From assembly GCF_006345805.1 (NCBI RefSeq), contig NC_043012.1, positions 45,012,001 through 45,076,000 on the forward strand: a stretch of 64,000 nt of DNA, in the 5' to 3' direction. The position numbers were made by a program, and so were the translations under genes. The notes beneath the pieces were generated by a model, which saw nothing but the letters and a program-made list of their open reading frames with translations, was not told where the DNA came from and searched no databases. This DNA comes from Octopus sinensis. Its lineage: Eukaryota. Positions 26,097 to 38,239 of the stretch are shown here, piece after piece (the first letter of the stretch is position 1; each line of letters opens with the position of its first letter).

Positions 26097-27194
26097 ACAC
26101 ACACTACACACACACACATACACACGCACACATTATTTATATTGTTAACATGATTTGAATTTGTTTCTATTAAGTCTGGTATTTGTAATAATCAGTTATA
26201 ATAGGTGACCTAAAACAGAGTGACAGTTCAAATTGCAAGACAAACGCCTGTCATATATCGGTGTATTACTTCAACCGTAGCGAAACTTCGGTTCGAATCT
26301 CGAGTGCTTATGGGAGGGCAACACGTGTGTGAAGTGAACATTAGTAAATAGGAAACCTTTTTGTTTTGGATTTTGGCATTTGTATATCTTTTCAAATATA
26401 CGAACATTTTCAGTGTACCATTCTCCTCCTTCTCCTCCTCTTCCTCCACCTAGTTGTGCTATTTCATTTGAATCTAACATATATGCTAGGACAATTGAAT
26501 TGACATTAAAAATTTGTCTTTTAGAAACACAAACTTCGGCTTGTCGAAATGTTTATGGTTTCCTCGTGATTTCAATGTAGACAAGGCAATGTAGCCAAGG
26601 AATGTAGAGAAGACAAGCCATCCAGGATTGGTAGATTCAAATCAAAGCTGTAGTTTGAACTTCAAGGATAAATTGTGAGTAGTTTCTTGTTTGGTCGAGT
26701 ATAAGTAACCTTTATGCAGGTACTTGTCTCATCCTGGTTCAACGAGTAAAAGCGCTGAGTTTAAAAGAATCTACCCCAAAATAAACACTAACAACGCACA
26801 CATACAGAGTTTTAAAAATATTGCGATTTTTACAAATTATTTAAAAATGATATTTTATCATAGTAATATAATTACTACTAAACATATAACTTAATTAATG
26901 GCGCGATTTTCTGCGGACAGTATTTAGGATGAAATCGCTTGAATAAGGTTGGAGACATTTGTAGAATTCCCACAAGTGCCGAAAATGAACCACAAATTTG
27001 AACAACTGTTTTGTATGTTTCGCTTGCACGATTTGCGTAAAAAACATAAAGATAAGAGTTTTCTTCAAAATCTTCATATGACATTTTGAAATATATTCAA
27101 AGAACAGATAAATTCAAGAGAGAACATTCTTAGATTACCAGCCGAATGATCGGAAGCAAGTAACTCGGAGTATTGGAATTATGAGCCTTTCATT

Positions 27195-28031
27195 TACAGG
27201 GTGTTCGAGCTGAATTTGAAGTCTTTTTCAAAAATCACTTTATACTTGGAGAAAAGTCAAAGGCGTTGGAGAGCATAAAGATCAAAGTTGTAGTTGAGAA
27301 AAAGTTAGCTGAGGTGGAGTATTGAATATTGAAAGGAATTACCCTGTATCATGATTTGCGCTGGTCATTAAAATGCCGACATCATGTCTGCTACTCAATG
27401 TTTTGCGAACGCAGTAAAAGCTGTAAGACGTGACATTGACAGTTGCGACAGATCCTACGAAGCTGTGAAAGTAGGGACACAGCAGGTGTTCTGACAGCGT
27501 CTGCACGCCTGTATTTATCCCTAATTCTTGAACGGGGCTTCAGGCTCTATGCAGATACCCATAGGAAGCTGCTGGAAACTAGGTCAATCTCTGACTGGAG
27601 AGAGTTGCGTCTGTAAAGTTGCAAGAGTAGACTCCATTGTCATGCCTCCGTAGAGGATCACAAGTGGCTGTCGGAAAGTTTCTACGATTTCACCAATACC
27701 AACTAATGGCCCCTTAATTCTCCCAATTGTAATCCCATAGATAATTACGAGTGAGAAGCAGTTGAGAAAGACCCCAACGGCTCTACCTGCAACACTAAGG
27801 CAGAGCTGGTGCCCAAGATCAAAGAGATGTTCAAAGATCTCAGAGAAGCATTGAGGAACGAATGCGCCAGGTTCATTCTGGAGCCGTCTTAAGACCGTGG
27901 TGGAAGCAGAGAATGGCTAATGAGGAAACTGCTGTTTCCCAGTCGACAATTTTTGACTTTTTAAAATACTTTTATTGCTTCTTTTTTTCCTTTTATGCAA
28001 ACTCACATTCAGCCTCCGAAAACCCTGCATA
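27195..28031 (+). mobile_element. Internally deleted Tc1/mariner-superfamily transposon
   Basis: TIRs tacagggtgttcga-gctgaatttga / tcacattcagcctccgaaaaccctgcata; WPLNSPNCNPID...AVEKDPN...NTKAEL...RLKTVVEAENG (WPPNSPDxNP motif) at ~27705-27920. Confidence 0.8.
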
Positions 28032-28120
28032 GTGTATTGAAGAAGAATACACTACATCAATATATATACAAATTAGCGATTCGCTAAATTATCCATTGAT
28101 TTTCATGGCGAATACATAAG

Positions 28121-28258
28121 TACTGACAGAGAATTAAGTCCGGAATTAGCCGAATCGAGCGGTCCCTATGGATGAGGCTACGGAATTAGCCGAAATTGAC
28201 CGATCAGTTTAAGGAATTCTCGACCGGTGATTTCGGGCGATTACAGTCTCTGTCAGTA
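28121..28258. mobile_element. Small MITE with TA ends
   Basis: tactgacagaga ... tctctgtcagta perfect 12-bp terminal inverted repeat; internal cggaattagccgaa duplicated. Confidence 0.65.
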
Positions 28259-28470
28259 CATGTGTATACAATATATGCTTTAACTACAACATTGCAGCTT
28301 TTTAGTTCTTATTTATAACAATGTGGGTGTTCTAACACCCTAGTCACATTTAGTGATAATTATAGTTTTCCTTTTTGGAGGTGAAACATTGCACATCGTT
28401 GTCTGTATTAATTTTATATGTGTGTATAAGTGTGTGTGTTTGTATACATAAATACAATTATATCCGTATT

Positions 28471-28501
<31 letters not shown>

Positions 28502-29097
28502 TGTGTGTGTGTGTATGTATGAATGTGTGCGCGTGTGTATTTAAACATATCTAAGATGAAAAAGCCAAGTTATTGAAGAGAAACGAAACATCAGTGGTTA
28601 CTGTGACATAATATTTGTTTAGAAGCATCAGAACGTAGTAAAGCAAAAATTAAATATAAAAGCATGAAGAGAAAATATAAACAGAACATTTAAGACTAAC
28701 TCCATGGTCAATAAACAATATAAGATCACTGATTCAAGGGTAGATTAAACTTAAAAGGAAATTAAGTTTATTAAAGGTATGAGCAATTTTGCTAATGGAA
28801 AGATAACGCATAGTTTATTGTATCAAACCTTTGAAACCTTTGTGTATTTCGTTAGAAGCATTGTAAATTACGAATGACCAACACTATAATTATTATATGG
28901 ACAATTACTTTCACATGTATCAAAAATAGCATGGTAAATATTCGCTATTTTATAATGGATATTTTTATATAGAGTTCAGTTCATAAGTACGCTCGTATTT
29001 GTATGTGTATGCATGTGTGTGTGTATCTGTGTATGTATGAATTTGTCTGAGTGTGTGTGAGCGCGCGCGTGTGTATGTGTGTGTATGTGGGTTTTAT

Positions 29098-29169
<72 letters not shown>

Positions 29170-29329
29170 GTTTTTATACGTGTGTGCGTAGGTTATCTGC
29201 TGTTAAGTAATGATCCGGAAAAATACACATTGTTATCGTAGCGTACAGCAGATTCTTTACGCTGGTATGATACTCTGGAATGTTCACGGCGTGCAACCAC
29301 TTGATGTGACAAGTCAAAACGAGCCTAAT

Positions 29330-30040
29330 ATTAGTGAGAATTCACAGAAAAAAAAGACGAAGTCGGGTGTGTAAACAACAAACAGATGTATCAGTTTAAC
29401 GGTCGGGAAGTGAGGAAGTCTTTTACGTTTCGAGCCTACGCTCTTCGACAGAAAGGAACACAGAAATAAACAAGGAGAGAAAATAGAAAATTGTATAGTG
29501 GCTAGCGATCTATCATAGCGAATACCAGACAGAGGGGTCACACATGAGAGATACGAAGAAGGGGAGATAATAAAGTAGCGGTGATCCCAAAACGAAGGTG
29601 CGCGTGCATGTGTATGTGAGAGCGTGTATGTGCGTGTGCGTGCACATGGAAGGGGGCTGGTGACATTGACGTGTGTGTATATGAGTAGGTATGCGGATGA
29701 TGGTGTAGGTGCTGGCAAGTGGTCAGTGCTAGTGTGTGCAAGGTGGTGTGTGTGGTGTGGTATGGTGATGTGTGTTGTGACGGTGTGTGTTGTGGTGGTG
29801 TGGTGGTGTGGTGTGGTGGTGTGTGGTGGTGTGTGGTGTGGTGGTGTGGTGGTGTGTGGTATGGTGATGTTGGAGTGTGGTATGGTGATGTACATCCCGT
29901 TTTACTGATGTACAGAGAAGGGCAGAGAGAGCAAGAGATGCAGGAGATGACGCTGCTAGAAGTGCAGGGGAAGGAGTCAATGATATAATAGGGTCGATGA
30001 TGGGTGCCTGTGAGGAGGGTGGTGTTGGAGAGGTAAACAC
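29330..30040 (-). mobile_element. Non-autonomous Penelope-like derivative with pLTR
   Basis: 29900-30040 aligns with the endonuclease-linker region 53200-53310 of the Penelope element; HHR-like motif at 29420-29455. Confidence 0.75.
29420..29455 (-). ncRNA. Minimal HHR-like motif with a variant core (CUGUCGA)
   Basis: cttt CTGTCGA a gagc gtag gctc GAAAC GT A aaag; 4-bp stems I and II, palindromic ACGT stem III (dimer type). Confidence 0.6.
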
Positions 30041-30052
30041 ATACTCTTATCT

Positions 30053-30131
<79 letters not shown>

Positions 30132-30199
30132 GTATGTCTGTCTGTCTGCATGTCTCTGTGTGTATTTCCGTCTGTGTGTTTGTCTGTTTCTATAATATT

Positions 30200-30726
30200 T
30201 TATTGTGTACCGTTGCGTATAGGACTGCATAGGGTATAAACTCGTAAACTACATCTTGTGCTTATACAAAGAGTAGTGATCCGAGAGATGGTAATGGTGA
30301 AGCGGTTCACCATTTCCATCTCTTGGGCTTGTTGAATCTTCTCGTCAGTGGTAGAGGCTGACGGGCATCTGGCTCCCTCTTTGCGCGTCAAGCTTGTTCG
30401 GTCACTTTTAAACTTCTCGATTCACTCATACACACTTCTACGCGGTAGTGCACTCTCCCCGTATTGTGCTAAAAGCCTCCGATCAATTTCAGCACCTTAC
30501 ACACCTTTCGACCGGAGAAATCGGATCACTGCTCTTTGTTCTTCTTTGGTGCACATTACTATTGTAGCGGCCATGCTTTACACTGTAAAGCCAGAAAGAA
30601 AAATGGCGTGATCAGGCTCAAATTTCGCTTACATTACCACAATAGTACCAACTGGAAGAATGCATGCGCAGAAGGTAGTGTATAAAGATATGTTATGGAG
30701 AAAGTGCAGATAATTTTTGACCTCCC

Positions 30727-30732
<6 letters not shown>
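30200..30732 (-). mobile_element. Mariner transposon 5' fragment
   Basis: TIR ta(t)gaggggaggtcaaaaattatctgcac; EEQRAVIRFL...RSVYE*IEKFK..RTSL...STTDEKIQQ (mariner HTH region). Confidence 0.85.
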
Positions 30733-30779
<47 letters not shown>

Positions 30780-31380
30780 TATTGTTTATCGCCACTTTTA
30801 TTTGGCTGTCCCCTAAGAGACAACGATACTGCTATTTAACCCCAAGAAGACATCTCATCCAGCTGGTTTATTCAGTGCGTTTCTCGCACTCGATATTTAT
30901 TGGAAGCGAGAGATAATTCATGCCACCCTAGCACTGAGACCGCCAGAACACATAGTTTCAATCTGTATTGGGTCTCCTCAGTGGTGGGTACACGTTCGCC
31001 AGGCTTGGCAGCAGTTCAACCTTACTTGCACTATACCGAAAATGCAGGAAACTAGTCCGTTAGAAAATAAATCTCTGTTCGCGATTGAAGTAGCATACGA
31101 ATTAGACAGTACTGTTTATGGCCACTTTAATGTGGTTGTCTTCTAAGGGACGTGGAAACTGCCATTTAATCCCCTAAAGACGTCTCCACCAGCTAAGGTT
31201 GAAACGACGTGGTCTGGTGGCCTCAGTGCTAGGGTGGCGGGAGTTATCTCTTGCTTGCAACAAATACCGAGTCCGAGAAGCACGCTGAATAAACCAGCTG
31301 GTAGAAACGCCTTCCTGGGGTTAAACAACAGAATCGTCGTCTCTTGGAGGACAGCCATATTGAAATGGCCATATACAATA
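30780..31380. repeat. Diverged inverted repeat (~210-bp arms) with decayed HHR-like motifs
   Basis: ggctgtcc..aagagac.acgat..tg.t.tttaacccca ... ccaccctagcactgag.cc.ccaga is present in both orientations. Confidence 0.8.
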
Positions 31381-31456
31381 CTCTTTGATTCGTATACTAT
31401 TTCTATCTCGAACAGAGATTTTCTAACGTACTAGTTTCCTATACACACATACGCAC

Positions 31457-31490
<34 letters not shown>

Positions 31491-31542
31491 ACACACACAA
31501 TTATGTATGTATGTATGTATGTATGCATGTATGTATGTATGC

Positions 31543-31576
<34 letters not shown>

Positions 31577-32672
31577 ATCTATATCTATATATACATATAT
31601 ATATATATATATATAATAACAGCATGCAAATAACAAAAACAAACGAGGAAATTCTCATAGTATGCACACACGCACACACACATACGCACGTAAATATACA
31701 AACAAGCGCACTTGTTTAGCATAAAGACATGATAAATATTGTAAATACAAACAATCATTGTTATTTAATACATTGTATTATCGACTAATGGATGCATGTA
31801 AGCATAAATACATTGCTTATTGTAATTCAAGTTTGTAAGTAAATATAAAAAAAAGGAAGAATGCTTAGGAGATACATTGAATATCACTGCCGACAGTGTA
31901 ACTTCATCCATAAAATCTATCTTTGTTGAGGATTTACCATCTTAAATAACCTATTACCTACATAGCTACCCTCTGAAAGTATTCTGTTTCGACGTCACTG
32001 TCAAAACAAGCAAAATATGCATGAACATAAACCCCTAATAGTTCTAGATTCTTGTCTATTCCATTTAGCAACCGGCTTATGTCTAGGTAATTGAAACAAG
32101 CAGTTAGTTTCATCTTACGACATCTAAACTGAGGTACTTTAAACTCTCGTGCCTTCCCATAGATATTGCTGCTTGTGTTTACGTAACAAAACACCAGAAA
32201 GACAGTCATCAGAAATTAGGTTTACAATGGTGAGACAGGATCGACTGATCGCAGGTTTCATTCTGATACCGAGACTGTCCAAATTTCAAAAACACTCCAT
32301 TGCAGATGGATTATTAATCTATCTCATTATTCAATAACGATATGTGTTAAGAAAAAAATGTATATATAATAAATTGATCCTGTATAAATATGTAATATAT
32401 ATGTTAGTTAACGAACGTGCGTGTGAGTGGTTAACCGTTCTAGAAAGCATAGTAACCAAATTTTGTCTTTCCATCCTTTAGCCGAAATAAGGATAGACAG
32501 GAAGATGTGTTGTGTTGTGTTTTGTGTGTATGCGTGTTTGTATGTGCGTGTGTGTGTGTATGTGTGTGTATGTGACGTATTGGTTATAGATGGAACAACA
32601 TATAGTATTACCCAATCAGAGCGTACACACACACCCCACGCACACAATTACGCGCGCGCTCACGCATATACA

Positions 32673-33500
32673 TACGAGGCATGACCAATAAGTATCCGGA
32701 CGGGTGCTATAAAAACAAAACTACAAGTACCAATTTGGCATTTAATCGCCTTCAAAATAATCCCCTTCAGAAGTCACACATCCAGTGCTGTTTCCGTTGA
32801 TGGACGCATTCCTGGAACGCCTTGTCTGGGATAATCAGCAGTTTCCTCGACGTCCTGAAATTTTCTTCCTTTCAAGCGGGATTTGAGTTTTGGAAAGAGG
32901 AAAAGTCGCAGAGGGGCGAGATCTGGGGAATACGGTGGCTGTCGGACCTGGGGAGATGCAGCACCTTGCCAAAAACTACTGCACAAGCTGCGCTGAATGG
33001 GCAGGTGCTTTGTCAGCTGTAAGCAGTTCTGGCGCAGATTTGGCAGACACGCGTCTCATACCTAAATCTTCAGTGATTGAATGGACTGAACTGAACTGTA
33101 ACTAATCTCCACATCCTCTCATTACTCACAGATGGTGATTCGACGATTTCTCCTCACAGATGCACGCACATCTGCGATGTTTTTCTCAGTTCCGACATTT
33201 TTTCGGCCCATACATTCCTCGGCATACACTTCCTGCAATTTTTAGTAAGCCTCTGAGCAGGTATCGCCAAATATTTAGCAAAATTTGATGCAGATTCATA
33301 GTCAATGCGACGATCATACGCTACACAAGCACTTCCAAGCACTGCTGTAAACAGTGGAAGTGAACTACAACGTTAAAACTTAGTGCGCATGTGCAGCAGA
33401 GTTCAAGGTCAGTCTGTGACAAGTAGTTTTACTCTACATGCTTTAGCTTCATTTTCGTTAGTATGGTAACAGTCAGGGTACTTATTCATCAAACGACGTG
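32673..33500 (-). mobile_element. Internally deleted mariner transposon
   Basis: QPPYSPDLAP..FLFPKLKSRLKGRKF in ORF 32774-32986; imperfect TIRs sharing aataagta.cc.gac. Confidence 0.9.
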
Positions 33501-33502
33501 TG

Positions 33503-33571
<69 letters not shown>

Positions 33572-33582
33572 ATATATATATA

Positions 33583-34438
33583 TTCTTTTATCCTTTTGAA
33601 TGCTGTCAAACACTTTGCTGAAGTCCACGAAAGTCATGATGGCGGGTAGCTGCCTTGATTTAACTCCTATGATAGGCCTCAGGGCTAAGATCTTCCTGGT
33701 CTAAATCCATTTTGATTTGGTTTCGCATGGCTATCAGGCACCGGTTGAATCCAATTGAGGATCATGCGGTTGATAAATGTATGAGATATTGGACAACGCA
33801 ACCCCTTTGTAGTTAGTTTCATTGCTGAGATTTCCTGACTTTGGAATTGATGTCAAGTCAATCCGGCACCACTGATCTGGATTTTTCTGGTTCTGCTAGA
33901 GCTTTTTCGAAAATCCAGTATTATTTCATCCGGATTGCACCTCTTGATAACTTCAATGACTTAGGTGTTTAGGTGAGCAATTCGGAAGCTGACATCAAGA
34001 TCAGGAAGGCACAAGCTTGAACAAGCTGTCACAAATTAAAGGTCTGGAACTCCAAATTACCCAAGCTATTCAAAATCAAGCTGTTCGTTGCAGTTTTCGA
34101 ATAAGTGATATTGTATGGCATGAAACATGGTCAGCGACAAAGAAATTTCAAACGGGCTAGATGGCTGCTACACAAGGATGCTACGATTGCTCCGAAATGT
34201 GAAATGGCAGCAACATATGACAGACAAATGCCTTTATGGAGACCTGCCGAAAGTTAGCGAAATCAGGTAATGACGGCTGCCTCTACGGTGTCACTACATG
34301 CGCTATATCGACAACTTGACTGCAGGCATTGGTCTGGAATGCATTCAGAATCCCGAGGCAGTGGTGTTAGACCGAGCAGTGTGGCGGAGAGACTTTGTTG
34401 CTCCGACCCGGGTTAGAACACGGCCATAAACAAAACAA

Positions 34439-34440
<2 letters not shown>
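33583..34440 (+). mobile_element. RTE-clade LINE fragment with a 5' inversion
   Basis: 33583-33967 antisense encodes IPKSGNLS..NY.G...NRMILN.I...QNGFRPGR...TFVDFSKVFDSI; 33959-34440 sense encodes YLG...LYG.ETW....LDGCYTRMLR...WQQH; followed by (TCTA)n. Confidence 0.85.
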
Positions 34441-34527
<87 letters not shown>

Positions 34528-34559
34528 CTCTTTTCTCTCTCTAGCTCTCCCCCCTCTCT

Positions 34560-35620
34560 CTCTCTCTATATATATATATACATACATATATATAAAATTT
34601 ATCAAAGGACATACTAAGTATGTCTACGTATTGGAAATTACAGTCAAAACACTTAATAAAATCGCCAAAATATACTGATAATAACTACGGAAATCAACAG
34701 TCCGAAGGCAAACGAGCTAAGACAATCTTTCAACATACATTCAAGTATTTGGACTCACGTGGACCATTTTCTGGACTTGCATAATAGCCTACCCTACCTC
34801 AGCACGCGTTACCATGATACAGAGCCCCATCCCGCCGTGTCGAAGTTTGCGCTGCATCTGATTCGTTTTGCGCCGAAATCATGGCAGCCACCAGTGTGAA
34901 AATAATTTCAATACGGAGCAAATAATTCACGAGAAAGAAATAATTCAAGAAAAAATAATTTGCGAAGATACTATTAACTCTGTTATTTTCAAGTGTAATA
35001 ATTAAAAAATGAATCAATAATATGGGCGATTGCAGGCCCCAAATAAAGAATTAAATAGCTGAAGGATTAAAATTAATTAAAGGATATACTAAGTATGTCT
35101 ACCTGCTGGACATAGCAGTCAAACCTCTTTTTAAATCGCCAAAATACACTGATAATAACTACAGAAATCAACTGTCCGAAGGCAAACGAGCTAAGAAATC
35201 TTCCAGCATACATTCAAGTATTTGAACTTACGAAGCAACTTCTATGAAGCAGCTTTGAATTATGATCCAGCAGTTAATTATGCAGATGACACTAGAGTTT
35301 CCATTGCAGCAATGGCAACTGAGTGCATACATTGTAAAGAAAGAAAGTGGCCTGGAGAGACGCCTGCCCTGTGCAGCAGTTGTGGAAATGTTATACTCCT
35401 TACAATCACCCAACCTCTAGAACCATTGAAGAAACTGTTGTCATCAACTGACCAAGATTCCAAGCACATCTAAAATAAAATTAAACAATGCATCGTTGCA
35501 TCATTTGGAGCCACAAGAGATTTAACTGAGCCAGGATTCATACAAATTTTCAAGATCCAAGGTCAGGTTTATCATCGGGTTAGCTCACTATTATGTCTGT
35601 CAAATGAATCACCAAAATTG
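34560..35620 (+). mobile_element. Helitron 5' fragment
   Basis: MATECIHCKERKWPGETPALC..CGNV.L....PLEPLKKLL...SFGA...FKIQGQVYHR.SSL is the typical Helitron Rep N-terminal region; ~150-bp direct repeat at 34595 and 35082. Confidence 0.85.
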
Positions 35621-35897
35621 GCCTTTCATGGTTTATAATCTACCTGTTTTTGGTTTCGAAATCAGTTAAACAAAACATGTTTTTAAATTACGCGTATTTA
35701 ATTTATATACATATATAAATTGAAAACTTTCTCTTAACATTTCACTTAACATATATGTTCCATGTTGGCATGTGTTGGAGAGTCTTAATGTAGAAAGTTG
35801 TTGTCTCATATAGCTAGTACTCTGCATCTAGATCTAACGTGCGTTAGACCTGCGTAATCTATCTCTATATTATATATTATATTATATATATATATAT

Positions 35898-35942
<45 letters not shown>

Positions 35943-36234
35943 TATAGATTTCAACCATTGAGGGTAAAATTAATTAATTAATTAATCAATTTCACCAAGT
36001 ATTCAGTATGCAAAGGGACCATTTAAGGCGAATTCAAATTATTACATTATATAAAAGGGCTTAGTAAAATAAATTACTTTGCCGCATACTGAACTCGTTA
36101 GAAATAGCCTAAAAAAACTTTTATATAAAACTATTTCTAACACTTAAGAAAACCTCTCTCATATAGTGTTTGCTCAATTCAACTCAAGGAAGTATGGGGG
36201 TAGAGACATTAAAAAATCAAATGCAAAGGTTATT

Positions 36235-36287
36235 TGAGTACGTACGTTTCAAGATTAGTCAAAATCGACCCTTCTCTCATCAGCTCA
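36235..36287 (-). ncRNA. Type I hammerhead ribozyme with intact core
   Basis: tgag CTGATGA gaga-aggGTCgattttGACtaa-tctt GAAAC gtac GT A ctca; predicted GUA cleavage between 36239 and 36238. Confidence 0.85.
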
Positions 36288-36937
36288 GAATGCCTGTTTG
36301 AATCTGAAAACACTGAAAATGGGAGCATACCCTTTCGGCTTGTTATCGCTTCTGAAGATCTGTTCCAAACTAACAGTGCCAACAAACTCAATATGCAAGC
36401 GAAGAATTTCTGCTCTCCCCTTTCCACCAGCGTGGGTTAAAATCAGCAAACACTATGTTTTTTTCGGTAAAATCCGAGACATTAAGTAGAGAGAGATGAA
36501 TTATAATTTCAACAATTGAGGGTAAAATTAATTAATTAATTAATCAATTTCACCAAGTATTCAGTATGCAAGGGACCATTTAAGCGAATTCAAATTATTA
36601 CATTATATAAAAGGGCTTAGTAAAATAAATACTTTGCCGCATACTGAACTCGTTAGAAATAGCAGCTAAAAAAACTTTTTTAATTAATTAATTAATTTTA
36701 CCCTCAATTGTTGAAATTATAATTCATCTCTCTCTACTTAATGTCTCGGATTTTACCGAAAAAAACATAGTGTTTGCTGATTTTAACCCACGCTGGTGGA
36801 AAGGGGAGAGCAAAATTCTTCGCTTGCATATTTGAGTTTGTTGGCACTGTTAGTTTGGAACAGATCTTCAGAAGCGATAACAAGCCGAAAGGGTATGCTC
36901 CCATTTTCAGTGTTTTCAGATTCAAACAAGGGCATTC

Positions 36938-36990
36938 TGAGCTGATGAGAGAAGGGTCGATTTTGACTAATCTTGAAACGTACGTACACA
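36938..36990 (+). ncRNA. Type I hammerhead ribozyme, inverted copy with one stem I mismatch
   Basis: Same as 36235-36287, but the 3' strand of stem I is caca instead of ctca. Confidence 0.75.
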
Positions 36991-37189
36991 AATAACCTTT
37001 GCATTTGATTTTTTAATGTCTCTACCCCCATACTTCCTTGAGTTGAATTGAGCAAACACTATATGAGAGAGGTTTTCTTTAAGTGTTAGAAAGTTTTTTA
37101 TAAAAAGTGTTTTTAGCTGCTATTTCTAACGAGTTCAGTATGCGGCAAAGTAATTTATTTTACTAAGCCCTTTTATATAATATATATAT

Positions 37190-37266
37190 ATATATATAAT
37201 ATATATAATATAAATAATATATAAATATATGCGTATATACATACAATATATGTACATACCTACATA

Positions 37267-37326
<60 letters not shown>

Positions 37327-37640
37327 CATGCATATATGGCTACAGGACATAAGAAAACATGGACATAATGAGAAACGAGAACATAAAAAACTAAAGCATA
37401 GAAAACGAACTGTTTTCGAACAACGAAAAAACAAACAGAGAAACGAGACATGCAACGTAAAGACCATTCCCTTCATCAGCTGTTCCCTTTTTTTATCTAC
37501 TCCGCGTTGCGAAGGTAAGGACAAGACGCGACTTCGTTAAAACAGTCTTCACGAGGGAACGGTGAAGGGGAGAGGAGAAGAATAGGAAAAGGGTGGGAGA
37601 GAAAAATAGAAAGGAAGAAGAACAAGAGAGAGAGGGATAT
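37190..37640 (-). mobile_element. Fragment of the 11157/62400 repeat family
   Basis: Reverse complement reads ccttaccttcgcaacgcggagtag...cagctgatgaaggga. Confidence 0.6.
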
Positions 37641-38145
37641 ATAGACAGAAAAGAGATAGAATAAGAGTGCGCATCGTAACTATTAAGATAAAACTTACTT
37701 GGAAAAGGATACGTGGCATTCGATCATATAATATATATATATATATATAATATATTATATATATATATGTGTGTGTGTCTGTGTGTGTGTGTGTCTGTGT
37801 GTGTGTGTGTGTATGTATATACACGTAGTACACGCATACATAACAGATTAGGATAAGTTCCTGTCTATATCGTTTGCTCCCGTTGTTGTTGTCGTTTGGA
37901 CTCTTAAACACAACAAATAATCGTGGCACTTTATTGCATTATGTTGAATGGCTCAAAGTATCAACTGAGTACAAAAGAAATCAAAGCACTGTATTAGATG
38001 CACACTGGCTGGAGATAATCTATGTGGAGCTTTACGGTCAATTGAAACAATCGTGTATTTAAGTGTACACACATTATATACTATATATGTGAGTGTGGTT
38101 GTATGTATATGTAGATGTATGCATTCTCACTCATTCACTCACATG

Positions 38146-38176
<31 letters not shown>

Positions 38177-38239
38177 ATTTGGCGAAAAGAAGTGTATTTC
38201 CATGCAGGAAATAATATATGGTTGTTGGAGTCGAAAAGC

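Larger units (their letters stand above)
35948..37181. mobile_element. Retrozyme-like element: ~558-bp tandem unit plus ~500-bp inverted copy, with an HHR (family H1)
   Basis: atttcaac.attgagggtaaaatt recurs at 35948 and 36506; 36681-37181 is the reverse complement of ~36046-36545; (TA)n on both flanks. Confidence 0.9.

Noticed and set aside
31958-32209. Minus-strand ORF with apparent splice signals
   Set aside because: The implied introns are only 35-36 nt and the phases do not connect to the neighbouring candidate exons
36230-37055. 60-90 aa ORFs in the fold-back element
   Set aside because: They are mirrored by the inversion, show no recognisable domain, and indels between the arms break them differently
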